This document shows, piece after piece, positions 29,456-40,268 of a stretch of 64,000 bases of DNA. Each line of letters starts with the position of its first letter. Position 1 is the first letter of the stretch. Below the pieces are notes generated by a model. That model saw nothing but the letters and a program-made list of their open reading frames with translations, was not told the origin of the DNA and did no database searches. This stretch comes from a bacterium (GTDB lineage: Bacteria > Zhuqueibacterota > Zhuqueibacteria > Residuimicrobiales > Krinioviventaceae). The position numbers were made by a program, and so were the translations under genes. The DNA lies in the NCBI GenBank assembly GCA_963674595.2, contig CAXXFV010000016.1, positions 608,001-672,000 on the forward strand, given 5' to 3'.

Positions 29456-32400
29456 ATGACAAAAAATAAACTAGTTGTGTTGCTATTAACTGTATTGCTA
29501 GTATTTAGTTTTACATCGGTTACTTTAGCAAAAAAAGTTACCGAAACAAAAGCTAAAGTTTCTACAATATCTAAAGATGTAAACATTACTTCTGCAGCAG
29601 ATCGTGCGTCTGCAAAAGTTTCTTTTGCAAAACAAAGAGGTCTTACCAGACAACAGGTTATCAACAACTCTTCAAAAAGAATTTCCTTATTGTCGCAAAA
29701 GGAAATGACACCAATTATTGCTGATGATGTTCCTGGTGCCGGAGATATTAATCCTCTTATTTCCAATTATTTTAATTCACAGGCTGAATTTGATGAATTT
29801 ATGAATCTAGACGTGAGCGTTCCAGGCTACGGTAGTGACTGGTTTTGGTTTGAAGGATCATTGTATGGCTGGGACAATTCAGCTTTTGCACCGGAGCCGG
29901 GCGGTGACCTTGGCGGTGTTGTCGGTCCAAAAGATGAAGCATTAACAAAAATTGTGGGTGTTCCTAGAGTAAGTGAAGATGGCCTTGATTATAAAGTTAT
30001 GAAACTTGACCTTGATATGTATCTTGCTGAACCCGATCCGGATGATTTACTCGCTGTTGAAACCAACCTTATGGAAGATCCTCGTTGGGCAATTGTCGAT
30101 GGTCAGTGGGCACTGACAAGTAACGAATTTTCCGTACCTGGATATGGTAATGGTTGGCGGGAAGACCTTTTGTCTCCGTTTATTGATCTGACAGGAGCAA
30201 CCGGTCCCGTTACTTTAACATTTGACCAAACCTATGGAATGGAAAGTGGCGAATGGGATGGTGGTAATGTTTGGGTACGTACCGCCGAAAATTCACCCTG
30301 GGAACTTGTTGTGCCTGATGGTGGATACGATTTTGATGACTTGGCCGCATGGGGCTATAATGATCCCTATGTTACTGACGCTATACCCGGTTTTGCCGGT
30401 GAAGTCACAGTTCCCGTAACTGTCACTTTTGATTTGAGCGCTTATGTTGGTGGACAGGTTCAGATTCGTTGGGCTTTTGCCAGTGATGGTGCTTATAGTG
30501 CTGAAGATGGCGATGCTGCAGAAACACTGGGTTGGTTTATTGATAATATCGATGTGTCTGACGCTGGTGGTTCCTTATATGCCAATGCCGGTGTGGAAGA
30601 TGGTATGGTTGCTGTCCCTGGATTGCCCTGGCGTGTTCAGGCAATTTATTCTGAATACGGAGCTGATTTGGTTGCTTCATCACTAGACCTAACCGCTGTC
30701 TTTGATAATCTAAAAGGAGACAGCCTTGGTATTCGTTTTCGAGCTATTTATGATGATAATGATGAAGGCACCAGTCCTGATCCTAACTGGGGTTTCGAAA
30801 TCTACAATGCCGATTTAACTGTATATACAATGTTTGCCTACGATATTGGTGTTAGCTTTGTCGATTTTGATTCTACTTTTACAAAAGGTGAAGGTATTGC
30901 TGTTGGTCAAACTTATGACCCTCAGGTCGTTGTATCAAATTTTGGTTTATTCCCTTATACCATTTATAATACTTGGGTCAAGATAGTAAACTCGTTTGGT
31001 GATGTAGAGTACGAACGTTATATCTACACCTATGCTCCCGGACAGGGTGATACATTAAAAGCATTCCCGGATTTTCAGGAATTTAATAACAGCCAGGCTT
31101 TTTATAACTTTCCTGACTGGACACCACAGAACGAAGGTGATTATCAGTTAATCGCTTATACGGATATTTTCGGTGGTGATGAGGAATTTCGTAACGATTC
31201 ACTTGTTGTTAATTTTCATGCTTTTTCAAACAAACCGGCACTGGTTGAAAACTTTAACGATATGACGGATGCCGATCTTGCTGCCGAATGGACAGTTACA
31301 GGTGATCAGTGGCATATTGGTGACATTTTCGATATGGGTGATGTCGAAGCTACCATACTTGCTTGGCCTGCAGCTAATGCCGGTACATCTATGTTGACTT
31401 CACCGATAATGGATTGTTCTAATTCAACAAATACATATCTAATGGTTGAACATTGGTGGCGTGATGCCAGCAACGATCCTGACACCTGGGGTGCCATTAT
31501 GGTTACAAACGATGGCGGTGCCAACTGGGACACACTGAAAGTTATGACATTTGATACACCGAGTTCTGCACGTTATGGATATTTTTATTATGATATTTCA
31601 GAAACGGCAGATAATCAGGCAAATGTTCAGGTTGCTTTTTTATCAAGTTATGGCGCTGGTGCTGCTACATTCTATACAGTTGATGACTTTGCTGTATATA
31701 GTGACCCGGACAGAACGCCGCCGGCAGGTCCGGCCAACTTTACGGCCACTCCTGGTGATATGACCGTTACCTTTAACTGGGACGCAGTTGATGGTGCTTT
31801 GTATTACACTTTATTGGGTGCCGAAGTTGCAGATCTCGATAGTGTTCTGACCGAAGGTCAAATCAGCGAAACGACACTTACAGCAACAGGCTTACCAAAT
31901 GGTGTGACTTTGTATGCCTGGATTACAGCAACAGATTATAACGGCAATGAAAGTGATCCTGTTGGCCCGATCAGTTTTGTATGTGCCGATACAGATGCTC
32001 CTGTTGCCATTACCGACTTGAAAGCCCATGAAATGCCACTAGGCATTAAAATGTTGACATGGACAACACCGGAAGAAACATTGCCTCTTGAAGGCTCTTT
32101 TTACGAAATTCGTTATGCTTACGTACCAATAACTGCAGAAAATTGGGCTGATGCAAGAGTATTACCGTTTGCGAAACCAATGATGGCCGCAGGTGAACCT
32201 GATACATTGATTGCTCCTGTTGAACAGCCCAGTGAAGATACCTGGTGGGCAATTAAAGCCACAGATGAAGCCGGTAATATTTCTGCAATGTCAAATGTTG
32301 CTCTTGCTGATGATGTTGCTCCGTCTGCAATTAATGATCTTGCTGTTGATTCAGTAAGACAAAACAGTGTCATTCTGTCATGGACAGCCGGCGGTGATGA

Positions 32401-32968
32401 TGGTGTTGGCGGCGGTGCTGCAGCTTATTATGAACTCCGTGTTTCCTACGGTGAACAAATGACATGGGAAAATGCTGCTGTTATTCCTGGTGTTCCAAAT
32501 CCAGGTCAACCCGGCGCAGCCATGGTTTTTGAAGCAACAGAATTTGTTTACCCGGAATATTCAAAAATGGCGTTCCAGATGGTAGTTTATGATAACAATG
32601 GAAATCCATCGGAAAAATCAAATATTGTTATTTCTGATCTTTGGAACGATGGTAATGTTTCTGTTGCTAACGACCAAAACTCTTTACCAACAGATTTTGG
32701 ATTGGCACAAAACTATCCAAATCCATTTAACCCGACAACATCTATTTCTTATCAATTACCAAAAGCCGGATATGTAAAACTCGATGTCTTTAACGCAAAC
32801 GGACAAATGATCCGCACCCTCGTTGAAGGTACCGTATCTGCCGGTTATCACAATATAACCTGGGATGCTGCTGACCAGAACGGTCAAAAAGTATCCAGTG
32901 GTATGTATTTTTACCGCATTACCATTGATAACTTTACAAACACCAAAAAGATGATATTGATGAAATAA
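29456..32968 (+). CDS. Secreted acidic multidomain protein (jelly-roll/MAM-like domains, FN3 repeats, T9SS-type CTD)
   Basis: Signal peptide; LLSPFIDL..WDGGNV..GWFIDNI; LTSPIMD..TNDGGANW; D.TPP.GP and D..AP.AI.DL FN3 starts; FGLAQNYPNPFNP..KKMILMK. Confidence 0.75.
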   Translation: MTKNKLVVLLLTVLLVFSFTSVTLAKKVTETKAKVSTISKDVNITSAADRASAKVSFAKQRGLTRQQVINNSSKRISLLSQKEMTPIIADDVPGAGDINPLISNYFNSQAEFDEFMNLDVSVPGYGSDWFWFEGSLYGWDNSAFAPEPGGDLGGVVGPKDEALTKIVGVPRVSEDGLDYKVMKLDLDMYLAEPDPDDLLAVETNLMEDPRWAIVDGQWALTSNEFSVPGYGNGWREDLLSPFIDLTGATGPVTLTFDQTYGMESGEWDGGNVWVRTAENSPWELVVPDGGYDFDDLAAWGYNDPYVTDAIPGFAGEVTVPVTVTFDLSAYVGGQVQIRWAFASDGAYSAEDGDAAETLGWFIDNIDVSDAGGSLYANAGVEDGMVAVPGLPWRVQAIYSEYGADLVASSLDLTAVFDNLKGDSLGIRFRAIYDDNDEGTSPDPNWGFEIYNADLTVYTMFAYDIGVSFVDFDSTFTKGEGIAVGQTYDPQVVVSNFGLFPYTIYNTWVKIVNSFGDVEYERYIYTYAPGQGDTLKAFPDFQEFNNSQAFYNFPDWTPQNEGDYQLIAYTDIFGGDEEFRNDSLVVNFHAFSNKPALVENFNDMTDADLAAEWTVTGDQWHIGDIFDMGDVEATILAWPAANAGTSMLTSPIMDCSNSTNTYLMVEHWWRDASNDPDTWGAIMVTNDGGANWDTLKVMTFDTPSSARYGYFYYDISETADNQANVQVAFLSSYGAGAATFYTVDDFAVYSDPDRTPPAGPANFTATPGDMTVTFNWDAVDGALYYTLLGAEVADLDSVLTEGQISETTLTATGLPNGVTLYAWITATDYNGNESDPVGPISFVCADTDAPVAITDLKAHEMPLGIKMLTWTTPEETLPLEGSFYEIRYAYVPITAENWADARVLPFAKPMMAAGEPDTLIAPVEQPSEDTWWAIKATDEAGNISAMSNVALADDVAPSAINDLAVDSVRQNSVILSWTAGGDDGVGGGAAAYYELRVSYGEQMTWENAAVIPGVPNPGQPGAAMVFEATEFVYPEYSKMAFQMVVYDNNGNPSEKSNIVISDLWNDGNVSVANDQNSLPTDFGLAQNYPNPFNPTTSISYQLPKAGYVKLDVFNANGQMIRTLVEGTVSAGYHNITWDAADQNGQKVSSGMYFYRITIDNFTNTKKMILMK

Positions 32969-33004
32969 TATTGTTGTAATTTGGTTGTCAGGTTATTCTA
33001 GTTT

Positions 33005-33038
33005 AAGAGGCAATACACAAGTATTGCCTCTTTTTTTT
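33005..33038 (+). terminator. Rho-independent terminator
   Basis: AAGAGGCAATAC-ACAA-GTATTGCCTCTT followed by a T-run. Confidence 0.85.
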
Positions 33039-33068
33039 ATTAATTTTATGGATTGATGGAGTACCATA

Positions 33069-35864
33069 GTGGTCCGACCAGGATTAGTTCTTTTTTTACT
33101 GTTTTTTTTATTTTCTTCTGCTTTTTCCATTGCCCCTCCTTTAAATCAAAAAAGTATTCCCGAGGATATTGCAAGTCAGTTAAAATCTGATCCGCAATTT
33201 TACATGCCGGATAAATCCATACTTTTACTAAAATCAAGCCTATCGGGGATGAACCAAACTGAATTTGCAAATAAAACCAGTCTTAATTTACCTGTTTTGT
33301 GTGCTCAATATGAAGATATTCGTAATGATGAATTTGATATTTCAGATTTGCAGCAAAAATTATTTGGTCAATGGTCGACCGGAACAATGAGGGATTATTA
33401 CATGGAGGTATCCGGTAATTCTCTGGAATTGAACGGAAATGTTTTCGGATGGTATAAATTAAGTGGAAATCGATATTATTATTATCGTTACCAAAATCAT
33501 TTCGATGATCTCTTGACTGAGCTTTTTACAATTGCAGATGATTCAATTGATTTTAGTCAATTTGATAACGATGGCCCGGACGGTCTGCCGAATTCCGGTG
33601 ATGACGACGGATATGTGGACGTTGTATTTGTTGTTCATTCCGGTACCGGTGCCGAAGAAACAAATGGTCCGGAGATTTGGTCACACTTTGGGAAATATAA
33701 AAGTCAAACAGGTTCTGATTTTGTAACTAATGACTTGGGCATAAACAATGCACCAATTTTAATAAATAATTACATTACAGTTCCGGCCATACAGCTGAGC
33801 CGTATGGTTGAAATCGGGGTTTTTTGCCATGAATTTGGCCACGCTTTGGGATTACCGGATTTGTATGACCGTGACGGTTCTTCTGCAGGTATCGGGAACT
33901 GGGGCCTTATGGGGCACGGTTCATGGGGAGCAAATAGTAAAACTCCTGAAACTCCTGTTCATTTTTGTGCCTGGTGCAAGGAGGTTTTGGGATTTGTTAA
34001 TGTTGTTACTTTAACAGAAAATGCCAAATCAATGGAGATACCTCCTGTTCAGCAAAGTCATGTTGTTTATAAATTATGGAACCATGGACGCGTTGAAAAC
34101 TATATTTATAAAAATAGTTTAGGAACCCAAAAAGCATTGGGAAAGGAATATTTTTTAATTGAAAACCGCGGCAAGACAGGTTTTGATAAAATTTTACCTG
34201 GCGATGGATTACTTGTTTGGCATATCGATAACAGTGTTTCAAATCTTTTGGTTAATGATAATGAAAAGAATAAATTGGTTGATTTGGAACAAGCTGACAA
34301 TAATCGGGATTTGGATTTGCTCAACAATTTAGGTGATGCAGGCGATCCTTTCCCTGGTTCTAAACACAAAAATATTTTTAATAAAACCAGCTCACCAAAC
34401 AGCCTTGCCAAAGATCTTTCCATCACCAAGGTGGCTGTTAAAAACATAACTAAAAATAATTCTAATATTATTGCTGATTTGTATTCAATCGACGATGATC
34501 TGTTATATCACGGTTATAAACTGGATGACAGTAACGGCAATAATAACGGATATCTTGAAGCCGGAGAAACCGGAAATGTCATACTATCCATTACCAATTT
34601 AGGAGATTATATCTCTGAAATAAAAGCAACACTGACATCACCTGATCCCGATGTCAGCGTTTTAAACTCTGTTTCATATTATCGAAATGTACATGAAGAA
34701 GAGACTGTTAACAATTCTGATAATGCGTTTTCATTGTTTTTATCTCAAAACACGGAACCGCATCCTGTTTATTGTACTTTAAACCTTCAGGCAGATAATG
34801 GGTATGCTGTTAATCATGATTTTATTGTTTTAATGGACAATATATCTATTCTTGTGGTGGATGATTCCCGTGGTGAAACAGACACAAGTGGCGTTCGGTT
34901 ATATGACTATTACACAAAAGCCCTTGATGACATTGAATTTATTAATTATGATATTTGGGATATCAGTGCGAAGGGAATCCCCAACCAGGCTATCCTTTTC
35001 GAATATGGGACAGTTATTTGGTTTACAGGTTCACAACGTTATACGTTAACTGATTTTGAGCAACGACAAGTTTCATCTTTTCTTAATCATGGCGGTCGTC
35101 TTTTTTTATCCGGTCAGAATCTTGGGTACGACCTTTGGTATGGCGGAACCAGGGCTTCGAAAGAATTTTATACAAATTATTTACATGCAAAATTTATTCA
35201 AAGTGGTATAAGCGATCATCCTCTTCCGGTGGTATTGCTGGCCGGCATTGAAGGTGAAACCATTAGCGAAACCTTTCGACCGTTTTTTTATGCTTCTGAA
35301 GGTGATGGCGCCTATAATCAATTACAGCCAAGTATCATCGAGCCTGATGAATATGCCGTTCCGATTTTTAATTATTTCGGTACCGGTTTATATGATAAAA
35401 ATGCCGCGATTAAGTATGAGGGTAACTACAAACTTGTTTATCTTGCCTTCAGTTTTGAGGCTATAAATGATTATGCTACACGTCGTCCTGTTAGAAGTGA
35501 GGTCATGAAAAATATTATTGACTGGCTTCATGGCGAAATGGTGACAACCGTATCTCATGAGAATTTTAACAATGACCTGGTTCCACAGGATTTTGTTCTG
35601 GAACAAAATTATCCAAATCCTTTTAACAATTCCACCTCTATTGAATTTTTGTTAAATGAGCCGATGCATGCTCGTTTAACCATATTCGATATTTTGGGCA
35701 GAGAAGTTGATGTGTTAGCCGATCAGCAATTACCGGCAGGAAAACACCGCTACCAATGGAACGGTAAAGACACCATCGGCTGGGACGTCTCTTCCGGCAT
35801 ATACTTTTACAGATTTGAATGTGAGAATAACGTGGAAACCAGAAAAATGGTATATATACGCTAG
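33069..35864 (+). CDS. M6-family (immune inhibitor A-like) metalloprotease with T9SS-type CTD
   Basis: GTMRDYY.EVS; FDNDGPDG..DGYVD; IWSH; GVFCHEFGHALGLPDLYD; WGLMG.GSW; EYFLIENR; LEQNYPNPFN. Confidence 0.92.
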   Translation: MVRPGLVLFLLFFLFSSAFSIAPPLNQKSIPEDIASQLKSDPQFYMPDKSILLLKSSLSGMNQTEFANKTSLNLPVLCAQYEDIRNDEFDISDLQQKLFGQWSTGTMRDYYMEVSGNSLELNGNVFGWYKLSGNRYYYYRYQNHFDDLLTELFTIADDSIDFSQFDNDGPDGLPNSGDDDGYVDVVFVVHSGTGAEETNGPEIWSHFGKYKSQTGSDFVTNDLGINNAPILINNYITVPAIQLSRMVEIGVFCHEFGHALGLPDLYDRDGSSAGIGNWGLMGHGSWGANSKTPETPVHFCAWCKEVLGFVNVVTLTENAKSMEIPPVQQSHVVYKLWNHGRVENYIYKNSLGTQKALGKEYFLIENRGKTGFDKILPGDGLLVWHIDNSVSNLLVNDNEKNKLVDLEQADNNRDLDLLNNLGDAGDPFPGSKHKNIFNKTSSPNSLAKDLSITKVAVKNITKNNSNIIADLYSIDDDLLYHGYKLDDSNGNNNGYLEAGETGNVILSITNLGDYISEIKATLTSPDPDVSVLNSVSYYRNVHEEETVNNSDNAFSLFLSQNTEPHPVYCTLNLQADNGYAVNHDFIVLMDNISILVVDDSRGETDTSGVRLYDYYTKALDDIEFINYDIWDISAKGIPNQAILFEYGTVIWFTGSQRYTLTDFEQRQVSSFLNHGGRLFLSGQNLGYDLWYGGTRASKEFYTNYLHAKFIQSGISDHPLPVVLLAGIEGETISETFRPFFYASEGDGAYNQLQPSIIEPDEYAVPIFNYFGTGLYDKNAAIKYEGNYKLVYLAFSFEAINDYATRRPVRSEVMKNIIDWLHGEMVTTVSHENFNNDLVPQDFVLEQNYPNPFNNSTSIEFLLNEPMHARLTIFDILGREVDVLADQQLPAGKHRYQWNGKDTIGWDVSSGIYFYRFECENNVETRKMVYIR

Positions 35865-35988
35865 TTTTTTAATGGGATTTATGTTTTGCCAGGTGTTTTC
35901 AATTTTCGGGCAAACTATGTCATTACAAGATAATTTAAGAATTGTTCTATGGGGCTGTAATAAAAAGGGGAGATAAAAATTTAATTTT

Positions 35989-36043
35989 AGAAACATATTG
36001 CTTTTAAAAGGCCGGCTTTAAGAGCAATATGTTTCTTTTTTTA
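35989..36043. terminator. Probable bidirectional terminator between convergent genes
   Basis: AGAAACATATTGCT ... AGCAATATGTTTCT 14-bp inverted repeat followed by a T-run. Confidence 0.7.
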
Positions 36044-36084
36044 TTGGAAAAGTATCAATTTATTTAACTCGGCATAATTCCAGG

Positions 36085-37014
36085 TTAACGTCGTTCAAGA
36101 TATCTTTCTTTAAATGTTGGTTTCTGTCCTGCTAATTTTAAAAATACATCTGCCGGAACAATTTCTACTTCAGGGCCAAGCTGGTCCAGAATTGATTTTA
36201 CCCGTCTAATATCACTATACTGACGAATATGCGCTGCCAAAAAATAAGGTCTTTTTTTATTCATATTAATCAATTCACGTAAATCTCCGACGGCTTCTTC
36301 AACCGTTCTTTCAGGAGAAAGATAATAATCATAAGAAACTACAGGTCTGCCATCTCTTTCAGCAAAAGTAAAAGAGGGTGCGTATCCGTTAAAAAAACCG
36401 ATGACGTTTGGAAAATATTTATAAAAACCATCCACTACATCTCGTGTTAATTCCGTGTTGCCCTCAACTGTTGCACCCTCGGAATAGTCCATTGTTTGAG
36501 TAACACAAAGGTCCAGTTGCTCCAATCTTTTCCTGGCTGCCTTATAAAGTGCGGGTCTCAGGCTATTGGGAATAGCTTTCGCGTATGTATATCCCAGAAC
36601 GGTTGCACCGAGAAAATAGTCGTTTTGTGTGGCCTGCGTGTAGTAAAATTCCAAAATGGCCGGGGCAAAATCATAATCAGTCACTTCAACAACCCAGGCA
36701 TAGGGAAGCTCTCCGCGTCCCGGACGGGTCCACGCACCCAGACCTACACCGTCTGTTTGAACACATGTGATATAAGCTTTATTTTCCGGTATATAGGTTT
36801 TATTTGGGTCAATATTATGGTGGTTTTTAAAGACAAAACCGGGTGTTCGGGGTACCTGAGCGATAAAAGACATATTGGGGGCTGTATGAAGACCACGAAC
36901 ACGATGACCATAGCTGGACGTTAGGCGAACATGGTCACGTTCTTTATCTTTTGCATAGGAATGCCAGCCCATAACCATAGACATCGGGTTGAGTTCGCTT
37001 AATAATTTATACAC
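36085..37014 (-). pseudogene. C-terminal fragment of a frameshifted GxGYxYP-family putative glycoside hydrolase
   Basis: VMGWH, TDGVG..W..PGRG.LP..W, AP.ILEFYY..AT.NDYF and LGYTYA. It continues the upstream fragment in another frame and overlaps it by 16 nt. Confidence 0.6.
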
Positions 37015-38165
37015 GCTAAACCATACTCTTCTTCATCCGATGGTTTTGTTGATAAATCCTGAAAAAAGGCTTTGTTTTTTACACCCCAATCTGCGATTCC
37101 GGGTTTCATAACCTGGCCGTGATGGCCACCCATCCAAATGATGAGGTCTTTGCTGCACTGGTCCCAATATTGTTCATAAGCCCAGGAATATATTTCAAAA
37201 TCACTTTGACCGGTAAACTGGCCGCGGAAATCCTTAATCATTTGTAAACCGGCTTTTTCCATATCAGGAATCATGTCTTCGCTGACAACGACCGCACGCT
37301 CTAAACCGGCAAGGGTAAATGCGACGATTAATGAGGTTCTTTCCTCTTTGTCCCACACTATATAACCGGTAACATTGTCTTTAAATTTTTCAAGAGCTTG
37401 TTCCCAGGTGTTCAATTTTTTATAAGAATAATACCTATATTCTTTTAAAAAATCAAAGATATATGGTGTGTTTGTAAAATCCCAGGTTTCCGGGTATATG
37501 AAATAAAGATTGGGACCATTGAGATTTGCCAAGCCCTGTAATGTTATTAAAAACGCCTGAATATCAAGCTGTCCGTCAATCGTCCAGTCATCTTCTAATT
37601 CCATATAATAAGCTTCGCGGGTGCCTGCCCGTTTGAACATATATTGAATTTCGAACTGTTTTTCTCGAGTAGATCGGTCAATAGTGTATCTAAGCGTTTC
37701 ACCACCCGGAGATAGTGTATAAGTATGAATAGTTGTTATTGTTACCGGTCCCTGAGATACTAAAATATCATATTTTTCATTAACTTGTAATGCTTTGTCT
37801 TTTTCCAGCCACTGTGCCGTTATTTTTCTTTTAGAGCCGACATCCATAGAAACGCCCATAAATACATTGGTTGGGAATACCCGGTTTGATATTTCTTTTT
37901 CTACTGTGGAACCATCTAATTTAAGAACAACGGTGTCGATAAAACCACGACGTTGACCCCATTTTTGAATTAATTCGATACCATCCGTAGTTTTTGTTAT
38001 TTCAACTTGTAGTGTGTTGTATAAATCAATTCCGCTGCTTTCACGGTCAATCAAAGTCCAACTTCCTAAAATGGACATATCGTCGGCAAAAATTTTTGAA
38101 TTGGAGATAAAGAATAATGTCACAAGGATAATGATGAATTTACAGGTGCGCATGGTATCCTCCAT
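36999..38165 (-). pseudogene. N-terminal fragment of the frameshifted GxGYxYP-family protein
   Basis: Signal peptide; TLQGLAN..P.LY; GYIVWD..S..VA.TLAG; Y.WAYEQYW..C. It ends abruptly at EEYGLACINY*. Confidence 0.6.
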
Positions 38166-38272
38166 TGGAACAGTTAAGTTCGGATAATTATTATCTTAAT
38201 ATATAAAATGATGGAGGATATATCAACCAAATTATCAACGAATTGTCTCGGTTTTTTATCGTTATTTTCGAG

Positions 38273-38695
38273 TCAACCCAGCCATTGCCAGATTAAAGTA
38301 ATAGTGATTGTTTCTCCGGTTTTGTCGGCCTGTTTTGATGTTATTTCTAAACGATTATTGTTTAATGAAAACGAGCTTGTATGTGCAGATTTTACCATTA
38401 AATTCGGAATGAAACTAACTTTAACATGATGAATGATTTTATCATTTTCTACATGAAAAGTTCCTGCATAGGCAATAAAATTTTTTGCAATTTCTGAACG
38501 TTCCTTCTCACTTAGACCAAACAGTGCTGCTGAACTGACCTGTGGCCGCTCTTCTCCTGAAATGATTCCTGACATAAATCCATTTGATTGGTAAATTAAA
38601 AGTCCTTTTACATTTTTACCAAAGGGTGTTAAAATGTGCTTTGAATTTTTCACTTCCAAGGATACTAGTTCCCATGTTCCAATAATAGAATTCAT
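38273..38695 (-). CDS. Lipocalin-like domain protein
   Basis: IIGTWELVS..PFG..VKGLLIY..G.MS..FIAYAGTF..H.V..S..PN. ATG at 38695 follows a purine-rich SD-like stretch. Confidence 0.8.
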   Translation of the reverse strand: MNSIIGTWELVSLEVKNSKHILTPFGKNVKGLLIYQSNGFMSGIISGEERPQVSSAALFGLSEKERSEIAKNFIAYAGTFHVENDKIIHHVKVSFIPNLMVKSAHTSSFSLNNNRLEITSKQADKTGETITITLIWQWLG

Positions 38696-38717
38696 AAATT
38701 TTCCTTTTTCCAAATAT

Positions 38718-39527
38718 TTAACCTGCAAGTTTTTTAAGTAAGGATGAGAACAATTTGAACGGTAAAATTTTTCTCAAGTACCACATTACTTTAGCATCCG
38801 AACCGGCCACATAGCGCAGTCTGTTACTATTATCTACTGCTGCTGTGAATATTACTTTGGCTATTTCTACCGGTTCTGTCAGCTTGTTTTTTCTTTTTTC
38901 ATATCCTGCAATTCTTTTTTCAATGGTTTTTTCATAACTGGGGACGTCTTTTTTCCTGACTATAATAGCATTAGAAGCAAAGTTTGTCTTAACCCCTCCG
39001 GGCTCAACGATTTTTATCTTTATTCCCAGATCGCCTGTTTCAAATCTGAGAGATTCGCTGAATCCTTCAACGGCCCATTTGGCAGATGCATAAAAACTGC
39101 TTAAGGGCATGGCAACTAGGCCTATTAATGATGATATATTTATGATAGTTCCGTTATTTCTTTTTCTAAAGTGCGGCAGTATTTCGCGCGTTACATTCAT
39201 AAGGCCAAATACATCTATATCATAAAGATTTTGTATTTGTTCGGGTGTGGCGGCTTCAAAGGGTCCGGTTAAGCTAAAGGCTGCATTGTTTACCAAAACA
39301 TCAATATGCCCGAAATGCTTTATTGTCTTTTGAATTGCTGTTTTGATGGAATTGATATCAGTAACGTCCAGACGTAAACATAGTAAATTTTCGTAATCGG
39401 TCAATTGTGTCTCTTTTGCAGGACTGCGCATGGTAGCCACTACATTCCAACCTTTTTGAATAAAATAAAGTGCAGTTGCTTTGCCGATTCCTGTCGACGT
39501 ACCTGTTATCATAATTGTTTTTTTCAT
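38718..39527 (-). CDS. Short-chain dehydrogenase/reductase (SDR)
   Basis: TGTSTGIG, LDVT, DVLVNNA, INISS, catalytic YASAK, VEPG. Confidence 0.93.
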   Translation of the reverse strand: MKKTIMITGTSTGIGKATALYFIQKGWNVVATMRSPAKETQLTDYENLLCLRLDVTDINSIKTAIQKTIKHFGHIDVLVNNAAFSLTGPFEAATPEQIQNLYDIDVFGLMNVTREILPHFRKRNNGTIINISSLIGLVAMPLSSFYASAKWAVEGFSESLRFETGDLGIKIKIVEPGGVKTNFASNAIIVRKKDVPSYEKTIEKRIAGYEKRKNKLTEPVEIAKVIFTAAVDNSNRLRYVAGSDAKVMWYLRKILPFKLFSSLLKKLAG

Positions 39528-39545
39528 TCTATCTTCCTTTTTAGA

Positions 39546-39560
39546 TTGTTTTACGAACTA
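39546..39560. promoter_or_regulatory. Putative MarR operator upstream of the SDR gene
   Basis: TTGTT-N5-AACTA, a near copy of the palindrome upstream of marR. Confidence 0.55.
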
Positions 39561-39585
39561 ACTATTTAATTAAAAAAATATCTGA

Positions 39586-39999
39586 TTACATCCTTCGAAG
39601 AAGCGAAACCAAAGTTTCTATTTCTTGTTCATCAAACCGGGATGCAACCTGATCTATAAAATTCTTGTAGACCTTGTTATAATCATTTATCAGCTTCTCA
39701 CCTTTAGGTGTCAGACTGAGGTAATAAATGCGCCCGTCTTGTTCTGATTTACTCTTGGTGACATATTCTTTTTCTATTAGTTTGGCAACCATTAAGGTAA
39801 CCGTTGGCTTGCTTAATCCCATACGGTTGGTCAATTCCATAAAAGTTGGGTTCCCCATATTGTGGATTTCTTCAATGTACCTAAAGTTGGAAATAGAAAA
39901 GTCCATATATCCACTATTTTCAATTTCTTTAATTTTAAATTCGCGTAATTTTTTTGCTACGTTTTGTATCGCTAGCAATAATTGTTCTGCTTTTTGCAT
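39586..39999 (-). CDS. MarR-family transcriptional regulator
   Basis: 137 aa; ELTNRMGLSKPTVT..V.KL.EK.YV..DGR....SLT.KG. Confidence 0.92.
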   Translation of the reverse strand: MQKAEQLLLAIQNVAKKLREFKIKEIENSGYMDFSISNFRYIEEIHNMGNPTFMELTNRMGLSKPTVTLMVAKLIEKEYVTKSKSEQDGRIYYLSLTPKGEKLINDYNKVYKNFIDQVASRFDEQEIETLVSLLRRM

Positions 40000-40021
40000 T
40001 ACTTTTCCTTTTTAAATAAAG

Positions 40022-40065
40022 TTAGTTAGTAAAACTAATATAATATAAATTATTTTATTTGTCAA
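40022..40065 (-). promoter_or_regulatory. marR promoter with overlapping palindromic operator
   Basis: Minus-strand TTGACA (40065-40060)-17 bp-TATATT (40042-40037); palindrome TTAGTT-AGTAA-AACTAA at 40022-40038. Confidence 0.7.
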
Positions 40066-40175
40066 TAAAATAATTATACCCCCTAAGAAGAGATTAAACA
40101 TGGTTATTTTAAAAACGGTAAATCCATTGTTTTTAGCTGTTTAATAAGACCCTTAATTATGGCTTTTCGATAATT

Positions 40176-40268
40176 TTAATTAACAGTATACCACAATTTC
40201 CCATATCCATCAAAAGACATATCGTAAATATTTATTATTTGAGTTTTTTGAAAATAATCTAAAGCGGT
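40176..40268 (-). pseudogene. Diverged 93-bp in-frame copy of the 3' end of the 40269-41279 gene
   Basis: Translates TALDYFQKTQIINIYDMSFDGYGKLWYTVN* versus the gene end VIIDNKTSSQISNIYDMSFDGYGNLWYTVQ*. Confidence 0.75.

Noticed and set aside
29308-29766. 152-aa minus-strand ORF and the many other 60-180 aa antisense or alternate-frame ORFs
   Set aside because: They overlap well-supported long genes and show no recognisable motifs.
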